A stretch of DNA of 64,000 bases from an uncultured delta proteobacterium (GCA_963721485.1 CAVRJV010000014.1:72443-136442), one strand, 5' to 3'; positions 20,890-34,666 are shown, counted from the stretch's first letter. The notes: a model not told the origin generated them from the letters alone. A program made the numbers and translations.

Positions 20890-21159
20890 ATGAAAACGAT
20901 CGTATACGCTCTATTATTGGTGGCGTGGGTCGGAGCTACCAACGCATGGGCTCAACAGCACGATCCGAATCCGAATAAAGACCCAGAAGTGCAGCAGGGT
21001 TACGACGAAAATCAAGAGCAGCATCGCCAGAAAGATACGACCGAGACTTACACGGTTCATAAAACAGGCGAGGGGCACGGCGGCATTCCCGACAGCGGAA
21101 ACTACGATCCTCCGAAGACGAAGGATGATTCCCAAGAGAAGAAAGATAACCCCAATTAA
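20890..21159 (+). CDS. Small secreted, acidic, probably disordered protein (89 aa)
   Basis: Signal peptide MKTIVYALLLVAWVGATNAWA, strong RBS and promoter. Confidence 0.75.
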   Translation: MKTIVYALLLVAWVGATNAWAQQHDPNPNKDPEVQQGYDENQEQHRQKDTTETYTVHKTGEGHGGIPDSGNYDPPKTKDDSQEKKDNPN

Positions 21160-21160
21160 G

Positions 21161-21226
21161 AAACCGTCGGCCGTCGCAATCGACAGTTCGGGCCACGTCT
21201 GGGTGACAAACTTCGGCAACGGTAAG
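21161..21226 (+). pseudogene. NHL/beta-propeller repeat remnant
   Basis: Translates to KPSAVAIDSSGHVWVTNFGNGK, with no start codon. Confidence 0.6.
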
Positions 21227-21338
21227 CGCGCAGGTTTGTGGACGACGTAACGCGTCTGGTCGTCCGGTCTCTGCGAACGTCGTGATCTGATGACCAGCGC
21301 GCGAGCCGCTCTCTACGCCATCACATTCTGGTGACCTA

Positions 21339-21362
21339 GTGGGGCGGGCCGCCGTGCCCGCC
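21339..21362. repeat. REP-like GC hairpin preceded by GTGG at the islet edge
   Basis: GTGG-GGCGGGC-cgccgt-GCCCGCC. Confidence 0.45.
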
Positions 21363-21371
21363 GCCGACATC

Positions 21372-21396
21372 CGGTGCGTCAGGGAAAATAGGTCGC
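21372..21396 (-). repeat. Direct repeat B: current 3' end of the membrane-protein gene (ATYFP-stop)
   Basis: Partner of 18661-18685. Confidence 0.75.
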
Positions 21397-22938
21397 TGCT
21401 GGAGTGCCGTTGGGGGCGGCGACGTTGCCAACTACGGGCGCCACGCCGGGGAGCGCGGCGCGGCCGAAGAGGGCTGCGGTTTGATCGCTGTATAGTAGAT
21501 GCCAGCGCGGGTCTTTTCTGACGAGGTCGGCGCCCTTGGTATCCACGCCCATCAGGATGTAGTCGTGGGGATAGGCGTCGAGGAGTTGTTCCGAGCCGGG
21601 CATGCCGTAGAAGAATTTCGCGTAGTCGCCTTCCTGCTTGTCTGAATAGACCAGTTCGCCGCGCGGATCGATATAAACCTTGAACGCGTCGGATGCGTGC
21701 CAGAGGATGTACGAGCCCCATTCGAATTGCGGCAGGATGTTGCCGTGAAGTTTGCGATCCTGCATGAAGGCGAGCGCGCCCGCCGGCATCGGCTTCCAGG
21801 TTTTCAGGCGATTCGAGAAAGCTCCACCGACGAGTGCGAGAGCGACCGCGCAGATTGCGAGCAGCGCTGCGGGCGGTTCGCGATCGACGACGGGTTCGCG
21901 GGCGGCACGTCGAGCGACCGCGAGGCTCGCATGGCGGGCTAGCGGAATGGCGACGGCGATCACGCCGACCGCGACGTTGCGGGCGGCATAGAAAGCGGCG
22001 GCGATAAAGATTGCGGCGACTGCTGTCATCGGTGCGTCGTCGAGGTCGGGGGCGAGCGCGACCGCCGCGACAAATCCGGCGAACATCAGCATCGGCGCAA
22101 CGTACTGGAGCAACTCCTTCGGGTCGGTGCGCCAATTCGAGAGCATCATTGTAGTTAGCGGCACCCAGTCGGCGATGACCTGCCGGATGAGTGGGTCGCC
22201 GACCGAATGCGCGACGCCGGTCCAGAGGCCGATGCCGAAGGGATTGATGAGAGTAGCGAGCGCGCATCCGAATGTGATCAATGCGAGCTTCCATGCAGAG
22301 GACAGGCGGCCGGCGTCGCCGAACCATCCCAAGGCGAACATGACCGCGGTGGCGATACCCATCGCGCCGAGGCCGACGATGTAGCCGCCGTGAAGGTTTG
22401 CCCACAATGTGAACATCGGGAGCAGCGGCCACAGCGTCGCGTCGCGGCGGTAGACCTCGAGCGCGAGCGCCATCATGATGACGGCGATCATCATGAAGGT
22501 GAAGAGCTGCGGCCGAAATTGCATCTGGGTCGAGATGGCGACGGCGCTGAGAATCAGCGTGAGGCGTTGCACTCGCGGCGTCGCGTCACTGCAGGAAATG
22601 CCGATCGCCAATGCGACTATCAGGATGCTCGAGCAGATCAGCTTCAGCAGCTTGAGACCGAAGACGCCGAGATGCGCGTAGAAGAAGGCGAGCGCCACCT
22701 GCGACAGCCATTCGTGATTGTGCCAGGGCATGTTGGCGGCGGCGTAAGAGTAGGTGTCGAAGCGCGGGATGTGTCCGGTGCGCAGCGTGGTCGCGCCGGT
22801 GAGCATGTGGATCCAGAGATCCGGCTCGGCGAAGTTGTCGGCCGTGGCGAGCGCGATCGACAGGATCACCGTCCATCGCGAGGCCGAGAGCAGCGAATAG
22901 CGTGGCAGCTCAGGCTGCTGCAAGTCGCGCGAGACTCC
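21379..22938 (-). CDS. Polytopic membrane protein, possibly GT-C-like (start approximate)
   Basis: EPDLWIH...G, NHEWLSQV, RPQLFTF, LWANLHGG, many TM segments, C-terminal soluble domain (YIDPR). Confidence 0.75.
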   Translation of the reverse strand, partial: GVSRDLQQPELPRYSLLSASRWTVILSIALATADNFAEPDLWIHMLTGATTLRTGHIPRFDTYSYAAANMPWHNHEWLSQVALAFFYAHLGVFGLKLLKLICSSILIVALAIGISCSDATPRVQRLTLILSAVAISTQMQFRPQLFTFMMIAVIMMALALEVYRRDATLWPLLPMFTLWANLHGGYIVGLGAMGIATAVMFALGWFGDAGRLSSAWKLALITFGCALATLINPFGIGLWTGVAHSVGDPLIRQVIADWVPLTTMMLSNWRTDPKELLQYVAPMLMFAGFVAAVALAPDLDDAPMTAVAAIFIAAAFYAARNVAVGVIAVAIPLARHASLAVARRAAREPVVDREPPAALLAICAVALALVGGAFSNRLKTWKPMPAGALAFMQDRKLHGNILPQFEWGSYILWHASDAFKVYIDPRGELVYSDKQEGDYAKFFYGMPGSEQLLDAYPHDYILMGVDTKGADLVRKDPRWHLLYSDQTAALFGRAALPGVAPVVGNVAAPNGTPAATYFP

Positions 22939-23893
22939 GCGGTCGCATCGCCGCTTGCACGATCGGAATGGAAACAACCAGAATCGAGGCGCCCGCTATC
23001 ACATCGACAAAGTAATGATGCCCCGCGAAGGGAGTAGCTATCAGCATTAGTACATTCACAATCGCAACAGGCAGAAAGGTTCGCAGCGGCGGCCGATGTA
23101 CATACACCAGCAGAATAGCCATTACGGCATGGCACGACGGAAACGCTACGATACCGTTCAGGTCGGCCAGCGTGAATTTCGTCAAAGTGCCGTTGCGGAT
23201 CGATACGAGCACCGCCGACCACGTTGGCATCCCTCCGATTGTGTAAGGCCCAAGAGCCGGAAAAGGACCAGACAGAGTTACTGAAACCAGCATCGCGAAC
23301 ATTCCAATCCACAGCAGTTCGCGGTTTCGGTCGCTGCGCTTGATCAACGCGAAATATCCGATCGACGTGAAAACCTCGATCATCATGCTGTTGTAACAAT
23401 GTTCGAGCGTGTATCGGATCAACCATCTCGAGGTAGTGATCCAGTCGTAGTCCGCGCTCCAGTTGAGTCCGAGCGCCGCATCCATCCGCGCAAACTGGAC
23501 GTCCCGCAGCGGCATCCGAAGCGTCGCCACCACGTAACTGTAGATGACAAGCGCGACCGCGAACGCGATCCACAGCGCACAGTAGTGCGCCGCCTCGGCC
23601 ACCTGCCGCGCGCGTCCCGTGAACTCGACCAGGAAGCCGAACGCCGCGAACACCGCGACTCCCTTTACCGCGGGCATGAGTCCGCCAATGTCGAAGCCCG
23701 CGTGCCTTGCCCAAAGCCAGTCCGTCGCGGCAAGGATCAGGATGACTGCCCATGCTCTCAGTATGTAGTCGCGCTCGTCGAGAAATTTCGACGAGCGCGC
23801 GTTCGTGGTGACAGGATTGCGCGGCGCTTGTGCGAGCGCCTCCGAATGGCCCGCAACGGGCATCGACGAATCGATATCGATACTTTTGTCCAA
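22910..23893 (-). CDS. PAP2-family (PAP2_3/IPC-synthase-like) membrane phosphotransferase/phosphatase
   Basis: FPALGP, AFPSCHA, GHHYFVDVIAG catalytic motifs. Confidence 0.85.
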   Translation of the reverse strand: MDKSIDIDSSMPVAGHSEALAQAPRNPVTTNARSSKFLDERDYILRAWAVILILAATDWLWARHAGFDIGGLMPAVKGVAVFAAFGFLVEFTGRARQVAEAAHYCALWIAFAVALVIYSYVVATLRMPLRDVQFARMDAALGLNWSADYDWITTSRWLIRYTLEHCYNSMMIEVFTSIGYFALIKRSDRNRELLWIGMFAMLVSVTLSGPFPALGPYTIGGMPTWSAVLVSIRNGTLTKFTLADLNGIVAFPSCHAVMAILLVYVHRPPLRTFLPVAIVNVLMLIATPFAGHHYFVDVIAGASILVVSIPIVQAAMRPRSLARLAAA

Positions 23894-24081
23894 ATGAGTC
23901 CCGCCCCGGTGCCTCTGAGAGCACTAACTATGCCAGAATCGCCGCCGCTGAAAAGCCAACCGAACTTTGACCCCGCGCAATTTCAACGCCGGTCGATCTC
24001 ATTACGTGTTGCATCGACGCAACAACTTCGGCTGCGCGGCGCGAGCTTTCACCGCCTCCATCGCGCCGGTAATCTAGTCGG

Positions 24082-25231
24082 GTGAAAGCTCTCGTAATCG
24101 GCGGCGGTATAATCGGCAGCGCAGTCGCATGGCGCCTTGCCTCGGAAGGGGTCCAGGTCACTGTCTTCGAGCGTGGGCGGCTCGGGCAGGAAGCGTCGTG
24201 GGCGGCGGCCGGATTAATCGGGCCGCAAGCCGAGGCGCATGAGCCGGGCGCGTTCTTCGACCTTGCGCTCGCAGGCAAGCGCGTCTTTCGACTGCGATAG
24301 TCGATCGTCTCACATTGGAGAGCGGCGTCGATCCTGAGTACGATCAACACGGCGTACTCTACGTTGCGTTCGACGACGCAGCCCGCGCCGAGTTGCAGTC
24401 GCGTGCGCGATGGCAGCGCGCGGCCGGCGGCGAGGTCGAGGAGTTGTCGCCGCGCGAGGCATTCAAGCTCGGCGCCGGTGCTGTCGGAAAAAATTATTTT
24501 CGCGCTGCATATGCCCAACAACCGGCGCGTCGAAAATCGCAAATTGACACTTGCCTATATCAACGCCGCTACCAACGCCGGCGCCGAGTTCCGCGAAGGG
24601 CGCCCGCATCGAATTCGATCGCAGTCAGCGGCGGGCGCGCGACCGGGCTGCGGATGGCGGATGGCGCGATAGAAACGCGGCGACGTCATCATCAACGCGG
24701 CCGGCGCGTGGGCCGGAGATATTCGCGGGCTCGAAGAGGATCGCATCCATGTCTACCCGGTGCGCGGGCAAATCTTTGCTTCGACGCGCGCCCGGGGCTG
24801 GTCGGCCCGTCGCTGTTTCTCGAATCGCCGGAATATTGGTGCCGCGGCGCGACGGGCGAATCCTGGCCGGCTCGATATTCGAGGAAGCGGGCTTCAACAA
24901 GTCGGTCACAATCGACGGGATGGAACGAATCCTGCGCGCGGTGCGCGCGATGGTGCCGTCGATCGCGTCGATACCATTTCGCGAAGCGTGGGCCGGACTG
25001 CGACCCGCCAGCGACGACCTGCTGCCGGTGCTCGGGCCGTCGCCGACGGTCGCCAACGTGATGTACGCGGCCGGACACTTTCGCAGCGGAATCCTGTTGT
25101 CGGCGTTAACGGGAGAAGTGATCGCCGACCTGGTCAAAGGCCGCACGCCGTCGATCGATCTCGCGCCGTTTTCGCCCGCCCGCTTCCGCAACGGCACGGC
25201 GCACGCGGTCAAACTCGCCGACATGATATGA
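24082..25231 (+). CDS. thiO: Glycine oxidase (frameshifted)
   Basis: IGGGIIG, EASWAAAGLI, YPVRGQI, AWAGLRP, GHFRSGILLS. Confidence 0.88.
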
Positions 25232-25588
25232 GCAACGATCGCGCTCGGGCTGATTCGCGACTTGTTCTTCCGCGCGAAGATCGACGCGGTCGCGGCGGCC
25301 GTCGGCGCCGAGGTCGAGTACGCGTCGTCGATCGAGGCCGCAGCAGCGCGATGCGCCGAATTGAAACCCTCGATCATATTCACCGATCTCTCCGATGCGG
25401 CATTCCCTGCGCTCGAAACGCTGAAAAGATCCGCGCCGCCGCGCCCGAGCGCGCGCGTGATCGGATTCGCCTCGCATATAGATCTGAAACCGTTGAAAGC
25501 TGCCCGCGACGCCGGCTACGAGCTGACGTTGTCGCGCAGCGAATTCACCACGCAGCTTCCGGCGTTACTGAAAGGATCTTCCGCCTGA
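25228..25588 (+). CDS. Small receiver-like (CheY-fold) protein
   Basis: DLFFRAKI...PSIIFTDL...VIGFASHID...ARDAG; 5' frameshift. Confidence 0.6.
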
Positions 25589-25639
25589 TATCATAGTCGA
25601 GCGACAATCGCCCGCGATGGTAAGGTGGTCGGCGAGGTA

Positions 25640-26444
25640 ATGCGGATTGCGCAACGCGGTCGGGCCCGCTGACTACGCTGGAGAAGGTCATTCTCGCGCT
25701 CGTGATGACGTGGGCAGCGGGCTTCGTCGATCTGGTCGGCTTCGTCTCGCTCTACGGGCTGTACACCTCGAACATGACCGGCAACACGGTCGGGATGGCG
25801 CGTCAGATATCGCGAGCTGGACTTGGCCGGCGTCGTGCGGCATGGATGGCCGATTGTGACGTTCGTCTTCGGCCTGATGCTGGGGTCGTTCATCTACGAA
25901 GCGGAGAAGCGGCGCAGAATCCAGGTCCCGTTTCCGCCGGCGATCGGTCTCGAGGCGCTGCTGATCGGCATCTTCATCGCGGCGGCGAATCGGGAGCCAT
26001 TTCAAAGCCGAGATTCCGCCGCAGCCGGCCGGCAAATTTTTCGTGATGGTCGCGTTGCTCGCGGTTGCCATGGGCATCCAGAACGTGGTCATCAGAAAGG
26101 TCGGCGGCATCAACGTGTACACAACGTTCGTGACCGGAACGCTGGTGAAGTTCGCCGAGAGCCTGTCGGAGTATCTGTTCTGGCTGCGCGATCGAACCCG
26201 CGGCCGGTTCCGCTCTCGCATCCTCAAAGTGCTCCGGATTTCGCCGCGCATCGCCGCGCTCCAGCAGGCCTCGCTGACATTCGGGTCTGTGGATGCAATC
26301 TACCTGACAGGCGCGGTAAGCGGCGGATTTTCGATCCAGCGATTCGCCCTGCTTGGGATGCTTGCGCCGTTCGCGCTGCTGGCGGCGATCGCGCTGTACG
26401 GGGCGTTCCGCCCGTTCTTCGCACTGTCGAGCAAAGAGTGGTGA
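25640..26444 (+). CDS. YoaK/DUF1275 membrane protein (frameshifted)
   Basis: AGFVDLVGF, SNMTGNT, AMGIQN, TTFVTGT. Confidence 0.85.
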
Positions 26445-26483
26445 AATTTTTTTCCACCCTCGCGCGCGGGTATATATTTTTCC

Positions 26484-29400
26484 ATGCCCACCGCGCTCGA
26501 CGACTTCCATCCTGCGGTTCGCGCCTGGTTCGAGCGGCGCTTCGAGGCGCCGTCGCGCGCGCAGGAGCTCGGATGGCCTGTTATCGGCGCCGCCAACGCC
26601 GCGGGCTTCGACGTGCTGCTGTGCGCGCCGACCGGCAGCGGCAAGACGCTCGCCGCGTTCATGTGGGCGATCAACGGCCTCGTGCTCGATGCCGCGAGCG
26701 ACCGATCTTCGCGACGAAGTCTCGGTGCTGTATGTTTCGCCGCTGAAGGCGCTGGCCAACGACATCCGCCTCAATCTCGAGGAGCCGCTGCAAGGCGTGC
26801 GCGACGTCGGCGCCGAGACGGGCCTCGATCTTTCGCGCATCCGCGCCGGCCTGCGCACCGGCGACACGTCGGCCAGCGAGCGCACGCGCGATGCTGCGGC
26901 GGCCGCCGCATATTCTGGTCACGACGCCGGAGTCGCTGTTCATCCTGCTGACCTCGCCGAGGTTCCGCGAGAAGCTCGCCGCCGTGCGCCACGTGATCGT
27001 CGATGAGTTCCACGCGCTGGCCGGCAACAAGCGCGGCGCCCATCTGGCGCTGACGCTGGAGCGGCTTGAGCGCATGGTGACGAGCCGCGGGAATGCGCGG
27101 CCGAATCGAATCGGACTGTCGGCGACGCTGAATCCGATCGAAAAGCTGGCGGGGTTTCTGGCCGGCGATGATGTCGCGCGCGACGGCACACGCGATCGCC
27201 GCGGCCGGTGAAAATAGTTCGCGCCGACGATCGTGTGCGCGACGATGGATCTGCAGGTGATCGCGCCCGGGTCCGGAGCTGGGGCCGCTCGCGACCCATC
27301 CGCATTGGGAAGCGATGTACGACGAGGTCGCGCGAGCTGATCGGCGAGCATCGCACGACGCTGGTCTTCACGCTGAGCCGCCGCACGGCCGAGCGGGTCG
27401 CGCTGAATCTGCAGAAGCGGCTCGGCACGGACGCGGTGATGGCGCATCATGGGAGCCTCGCGCGCAGCCGAGCGCTTGCTGGCCGAGCAGCGCCTCAAGC
27501 GCGGCGAGCTGAAGGCGATCGTCGCGACCGCGTCACTCGAACTCGGCATCGACGTTGGCGCGGTCGAGCTCGGTCTGCCAGCTCGATTCGCCGAAATCGA
27601 TCTCGGCCGCGATTCAGCGGATCGGCCGCTCGGGCCACAGCCTCGGCGCGACGCCGAAGGGGCGCTTCTTCGCGCTGACGACCGACGATCTGCTCGAATG
27701 CGGCGCGGCGGTGCGCGCGATTCGCGCCGGGCATCTCGACGAAGTGGAAATTCCGACGGGATGCGTCGACATCGCGGCGCAGCAAATCGTCGCGATCGCC
27801 GCCGAGGAAGACGAAATCTCGGAGGCCGAGCTGCTGCGCTTGCTCCGCAGCGCGTACAACTTCGGCGATCTCGACGCGGCCAAACTGCGGCATCTGCTCG
27901 AACAGATGGCCGCCGAGATACCCCGAACGAATCATGGGTGCGGCGCCGAAAATCTTTTTCGATCGCGTCGACGCGCGCGTCCGCCCGCGCCGGTCCGCGC
28001 GGATCTGTCGGCGATCACCTCGGGCGGAACGATTCCCGAAGCCGGCAACTACGACGTCGTGATCGAGTCGGAGGGCCGCAAGATCGGCGACGTCGAGGAG
28101 GACTTCGCGCAGGAGTCGTCGCGCGGCGACGTGTTCTCGCTCGGCTCGATGCCGTGGCAGATCCAGCGAATCTCGCGCGGGCGCCTGATGGTCGAGCCGG
28201 CGCCCGGGATGGCGCCGACGCTGCCGTTCTGGCAGACCGAGGCGGGCGGCCGATCGCCGGCGCTGTCGGCGGAAATCTGCGAGCTGCGTCACGAGATCTG
28301 GAACCGCCTCGAGCGCAACGAAGCGCCCGAAGAATGGCTGATGACCGAATGCGCGATGAGCGAGCGCGCGGCGACGCAGGCCGCCGACTACGTGCGCCGC
28401 GGGGTCGAGGCGCTCGGCGCGATTCCCGACGAGAAGACGGTGGTCGTCGAGCGCTTCTTCGACGGCCTCGGCGGCACGCAAATCGTCATCCACACGCCGT
28501 TCGGAATTCGGCTCAATCGCGGGCTGGGGCTCGCGATTCGCAAGCGCCTGTGCCAGTCGTTCGATTTCGAAATCCAGGCCTCGGCGATCGACGACGGCGT
28601 GCTGCTCGCGCTGAACTCGCGCCACAGCTTTCCGCTCGAGAGTCTCTTCAGCGTGCTGAGGTCGCGCAATGCGCGCGACGTGCTGATCCAGGCGTTGCTG
28701 GCGGCGCCGATGTTCGAAGTGCGCTTTCGCCATGTCGCGACGCGCGCGCTCGCCGTGATGCGTTCGTCGCGCGGCAAGCAGCGTGCCGGCCTGGATTCAG
28801 CGACTGCGCTCGCAGGAACTGTTGGCGTCGATTTTCCCCGGCCAGCAGGCATGCTTCGAGAACCGGCCGGGCGCAATCGAGCTGCCCGATCATTTTGTCG
28901 TCGACGAGACGATTCGCGAATGCCTCGAGGAGTCGACCGACCTGCCGCGCACGGTACGGCTGCTCGAAGGAATCGAGAGCGGGGCGATTCGTACCGTCGC
29001 CGTCGACGGGATCGCGCCGTCGGTGTTTGCGCATCGCCTGCTGCTCGCGTGGGATTACTCGTTCCTCGACGACGGCGAGCGCGCCAATCGCCGATCGCGC
29101 ACGGTCACGATGAATCGCGGGATGGCCGAGGACGTGTTCCGCAAGGAGGACCTGTCGGATCTGCTCTCGGCGGACGCCGTCGAGAGCGTCGTCGCAGAAG
29201 TGACGGGGCGCGCGGCCGGACGCAAGCCACGATCGCGCGACGAGCTGTACGAACTGATTCGCGCGCATGGATCGATGACGCTGGCCGAGGTCGAAGAGCG
29301 GGCGGGCGACGGCGCGCGCGCGATGATCGCGGAGCTGGATGCCGAGGGCAGAATCGCGCGCGTCGCGCTGAATGGCGAATCAGTTGAGAGAATCATCGCG

Positions 29401-30963
29401 AACGAGGATCAACCGATCTTCGATGCGGCATATACGAAAGTCGGTGACGCCGATGCGGCGCGGGCCGAACTCGTGCGGCGCGCGATGAAGACTTGCGGGC
29501 CGACAACTGCCGTCGAGATTGCGGCGCGATTGCATTTGAAAGAGTCGGATATCGTGCAGAGTCTCGCGGCGTTGGAAGGGCAGGGCGCAATTTTTCAAGG
29601 CCACTTCACGCGCTCGGACACGGTCCAGTGGTGCGACCGCTACAACCTTGAGCGGATACATCGAATGACGCTGGCGCGCGTGCGGGCAGAGATCGAGCCG
29701 TGCGCCGATCACGAGTACGCGGCATTTCGGCTGCGATGGATGCACGTCGGCGGCACCGAGCTTCAGGCCGATCAGACAGGAGTCGCTGCAGTGCTCGAGC
29801 AGCTTTCAGGAATCGCGGCGACGCCCGAGATTTGGGAGCATGCGATTCTGCCGGCGCGAATTGCGGGCTATCGGCCCGAGATGCTCGACCTCGTATGCAT
29901 GAGCGGGCAGATGAAGTGGGTCGCGTTACCCGGTGAGACGGTCGAAAGCGCGCCCGCGGCGAACATTCCGTCGCGCGTAACGTTCGTACCTCGCAAGGCG
30001 CAACCTGTTTGTTCCGCGCAACGATGCCGCCACCGAAACTGCGAAAGAGCAAGCGGTGCGGGAGGCTCTGGGAGCCGCCGGCGCGCAATATCTTGACGAG
30101 CTTGCGGAGCGCGCGAACGTTTCCGAGCGCGACGCGCTGTCGGCGCTGTGGCGGATGGCGGCGGCGGGGCGCGTCAGCAACGACAACTTTGCGCCGCTCA
30201 GGATGTTCGCCGACGACCGCGGCGCAGAGCGCGCGCTCGAATCCGTCGCGCGCCGCCCATCGACTCGCCACACGCCGCGGTCCGCGCGCGCCTGAAGTCG
30301 AGTCTCGCCGGCCGCTGGTCGCTGATCCAGACAAGTGAAGGCGCCGACGACGCGCGGGAACTCGCGCTCAAGTTACTCGAACGGCACGGAATTCTCGCGC
30401 GCGAGATGCTCGGCTTCGAATCGACGCATATCTCGTGGAGCGAAATCTCGTTCGAGCTGCGGCGGCTGGAATACGGCGGGACCATTCGCCGCGGATGGTT
30501 CGTGCGATCGCTGTCGGGCGAGCAATACGCGCTGCCCGAAGCCGTCGAGATGCTGCGCGCCGCGCGGAATCTGATCCCCGCGCGCGAAAAGCCGTTAGCG
30601 CTGAGCGCGGTCGATCCTGCCAATCCGTACGGCGTCGTGATTCCCGGATGCGGTATCGCGCGCGAGGCGGGCAACGTCGTGGTGCTGCGCGCCGGCCGCG
30701 TCGTCGCGGGATTCCAGGGACGCGCGATGATCAGCGGCGGCGATGGCGAGGTGGACGACGAGAGTTTCGGCGCGGCGGTCGCGGCGCTGATGACGCTGAA
30801 GCCACGTATCGCGATCGATTCGATCGACGGCGTGGCTGCGCTCGAATCGCCGCGGGTGGGAATCCTGGCCGCGATGCGGTTCCATTCCGATGGCCGCTCG
30901 CTGATCTTCGACGGCTTGCACGGGCCGGCGCCCTCGCGATCGCGGCAGGCGAACTTAAAGTGA
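26484..30963 (+). CDS. lhr: Large Lhr-family SF2 helicase (multiple frameshifts)
   Basis: [56 protein letters not shown]-terminal RRGWFV...GEQYALP and [10 protein letters not shown]. Confidence 0.92.
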
Positions 30964-31439
30964 TGCATGAAGAAAACGCGGCGAACCTCGCGGGCCTGCA
31001 GGCGATTATCGACCGCAGCACGAGGACTGCAACTCCGGCTGTCGCCGATTCGGTCGCCTATCCTGAGCGCCAGATGACGGCGGCGGAATTCGTCGAGTTC
31101 TGGAGCGGCGTCAGGCTGGTCGCGATGGCGACGGTCGGCGCGCAGGGGCAACCGCATCTTGCGCCGGTGCATGCGCAGATTGCCGGCACGAGTCTCAAGC
31201 TGGTCATCTACGACAACACGATCCGGCGTGCCGATCTCGCGCGTAATCCGCGCGTGGGATTCACCACCTGGAATGACGTGGGCGCAGCGGTGATCGTTTA
31301 TGGACGGGCGCGCGAAGTGACGGGGTCGATTCGCGATGCGCGGGCGGGGCAGAGCGGCAAGCCGCGCCGCGTGATCGAGATCGAAGTTGCGCTTACCAGA
31401 ATCTACGCGATGCGCGCGCCGCAGAGATCATCGAGTTAG
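30963..31439 (+). CDS. Pyridoxamine 5'-phosphate oxidase-like (split barrel) protein
   Basis: MATVGAQGQPHLAPV...LARNPRV...VYGRA; TGATG overlap with the lhr stop. Confidence 0.7.
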   Translation: MHEENAANLAGLQAIIDRSTRTATPAVADSVAYPERQMTAAEFVEFWSGVRLVAMATVGAQGQPHLAPVHAQIAGTSLKLVIYDNTIRRADLARNPRVGFTTWNDVGAAVIVYGRAREVTGSIRDARAGQSGKPRRVIEIEVALTRIYAMRAPQRSSS

Positions 31440-31572
31440 CCAGTTGAATCGGCGCGCTCGCGCGCTATTCTGATCGCATAACAAATTAAATCGGATTGGC
31501 AGGCGCGTCGGGTTTCGGAATCCGCGTCCCCATCCGCCACCGCAATCGCATCTGGAGGCTAGGGCTCTTTCA

Positions 31573-34347
<2,775 letters not shown>

Positions 34348-34357
34348 ACGGGCGCGC

Positions 34358-34666
34358 CTACTGCATGTGACTACCGGCGGCGCCGGACATGGTCGAAGCG
34401 CTGGACGCGGCGCCGGCCGCCGGGGCGGTAGACTTCAGCGCGGGGTCGTCGCTCGCGACGCACTTGTAGAACGGCTGCAGTTTCTTCAGTTGCGCCTTAC
34501 AGCCATTTTCGGTCTTGAGCGTTTTGAATTTGATCCAATCCGACATCGGCGCCGTGGTATTCATCTTGTAATCGCCCGACGCATCCTTCACCGGCGGAAA
34601 AACCGGCGGCGGCAGCATCAGGTACCAGCTCATCAACACCATCGCAGTCGCATAACACTTTCGCAT
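34358..34666 (-). CDS. Small secreted protein with WYLMxPP...W...C...CxxSDDP motif
   Basis: Hydrophobic N-terminus, two mature-region Cys, low-complexity tail. Confidence 0.7.
   Translation of the reverse strand: MRKCYATAMVLMSWYLMLPPPVFPPVKDASGDYKMNTTAPMSDWIKFKTLKTENGCKAQLKKLQPFYKCVASDDPALKSTAPAAGAASSASTMSGAAGSHMQ

Larger units (their letters stand above)
18686..21396. mobile_element. Integrase-less genomic islet carrying a TIR-like gene
   Basis: Visibly more AT-rich, atypical codons, flanked by 25-bp diverged direct repeats of a gene 3' end; no mobility gene seen. Confidence 0.7.

Noticed and set aside
20166-20942. 258-aa minus-strand ORF as a partner gene for TIR
   Set aside because: It overlaps both the TIR start and promoter and the well-supported peptide gene, and has no recognisable motif
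23900-24000. Possible TPP riboswitch upstream of thiO (GGTGC...CTGAGA)
   Set aside because: It lacks the CCTGAT and AATGC/AGCG..GG core elements and pairing
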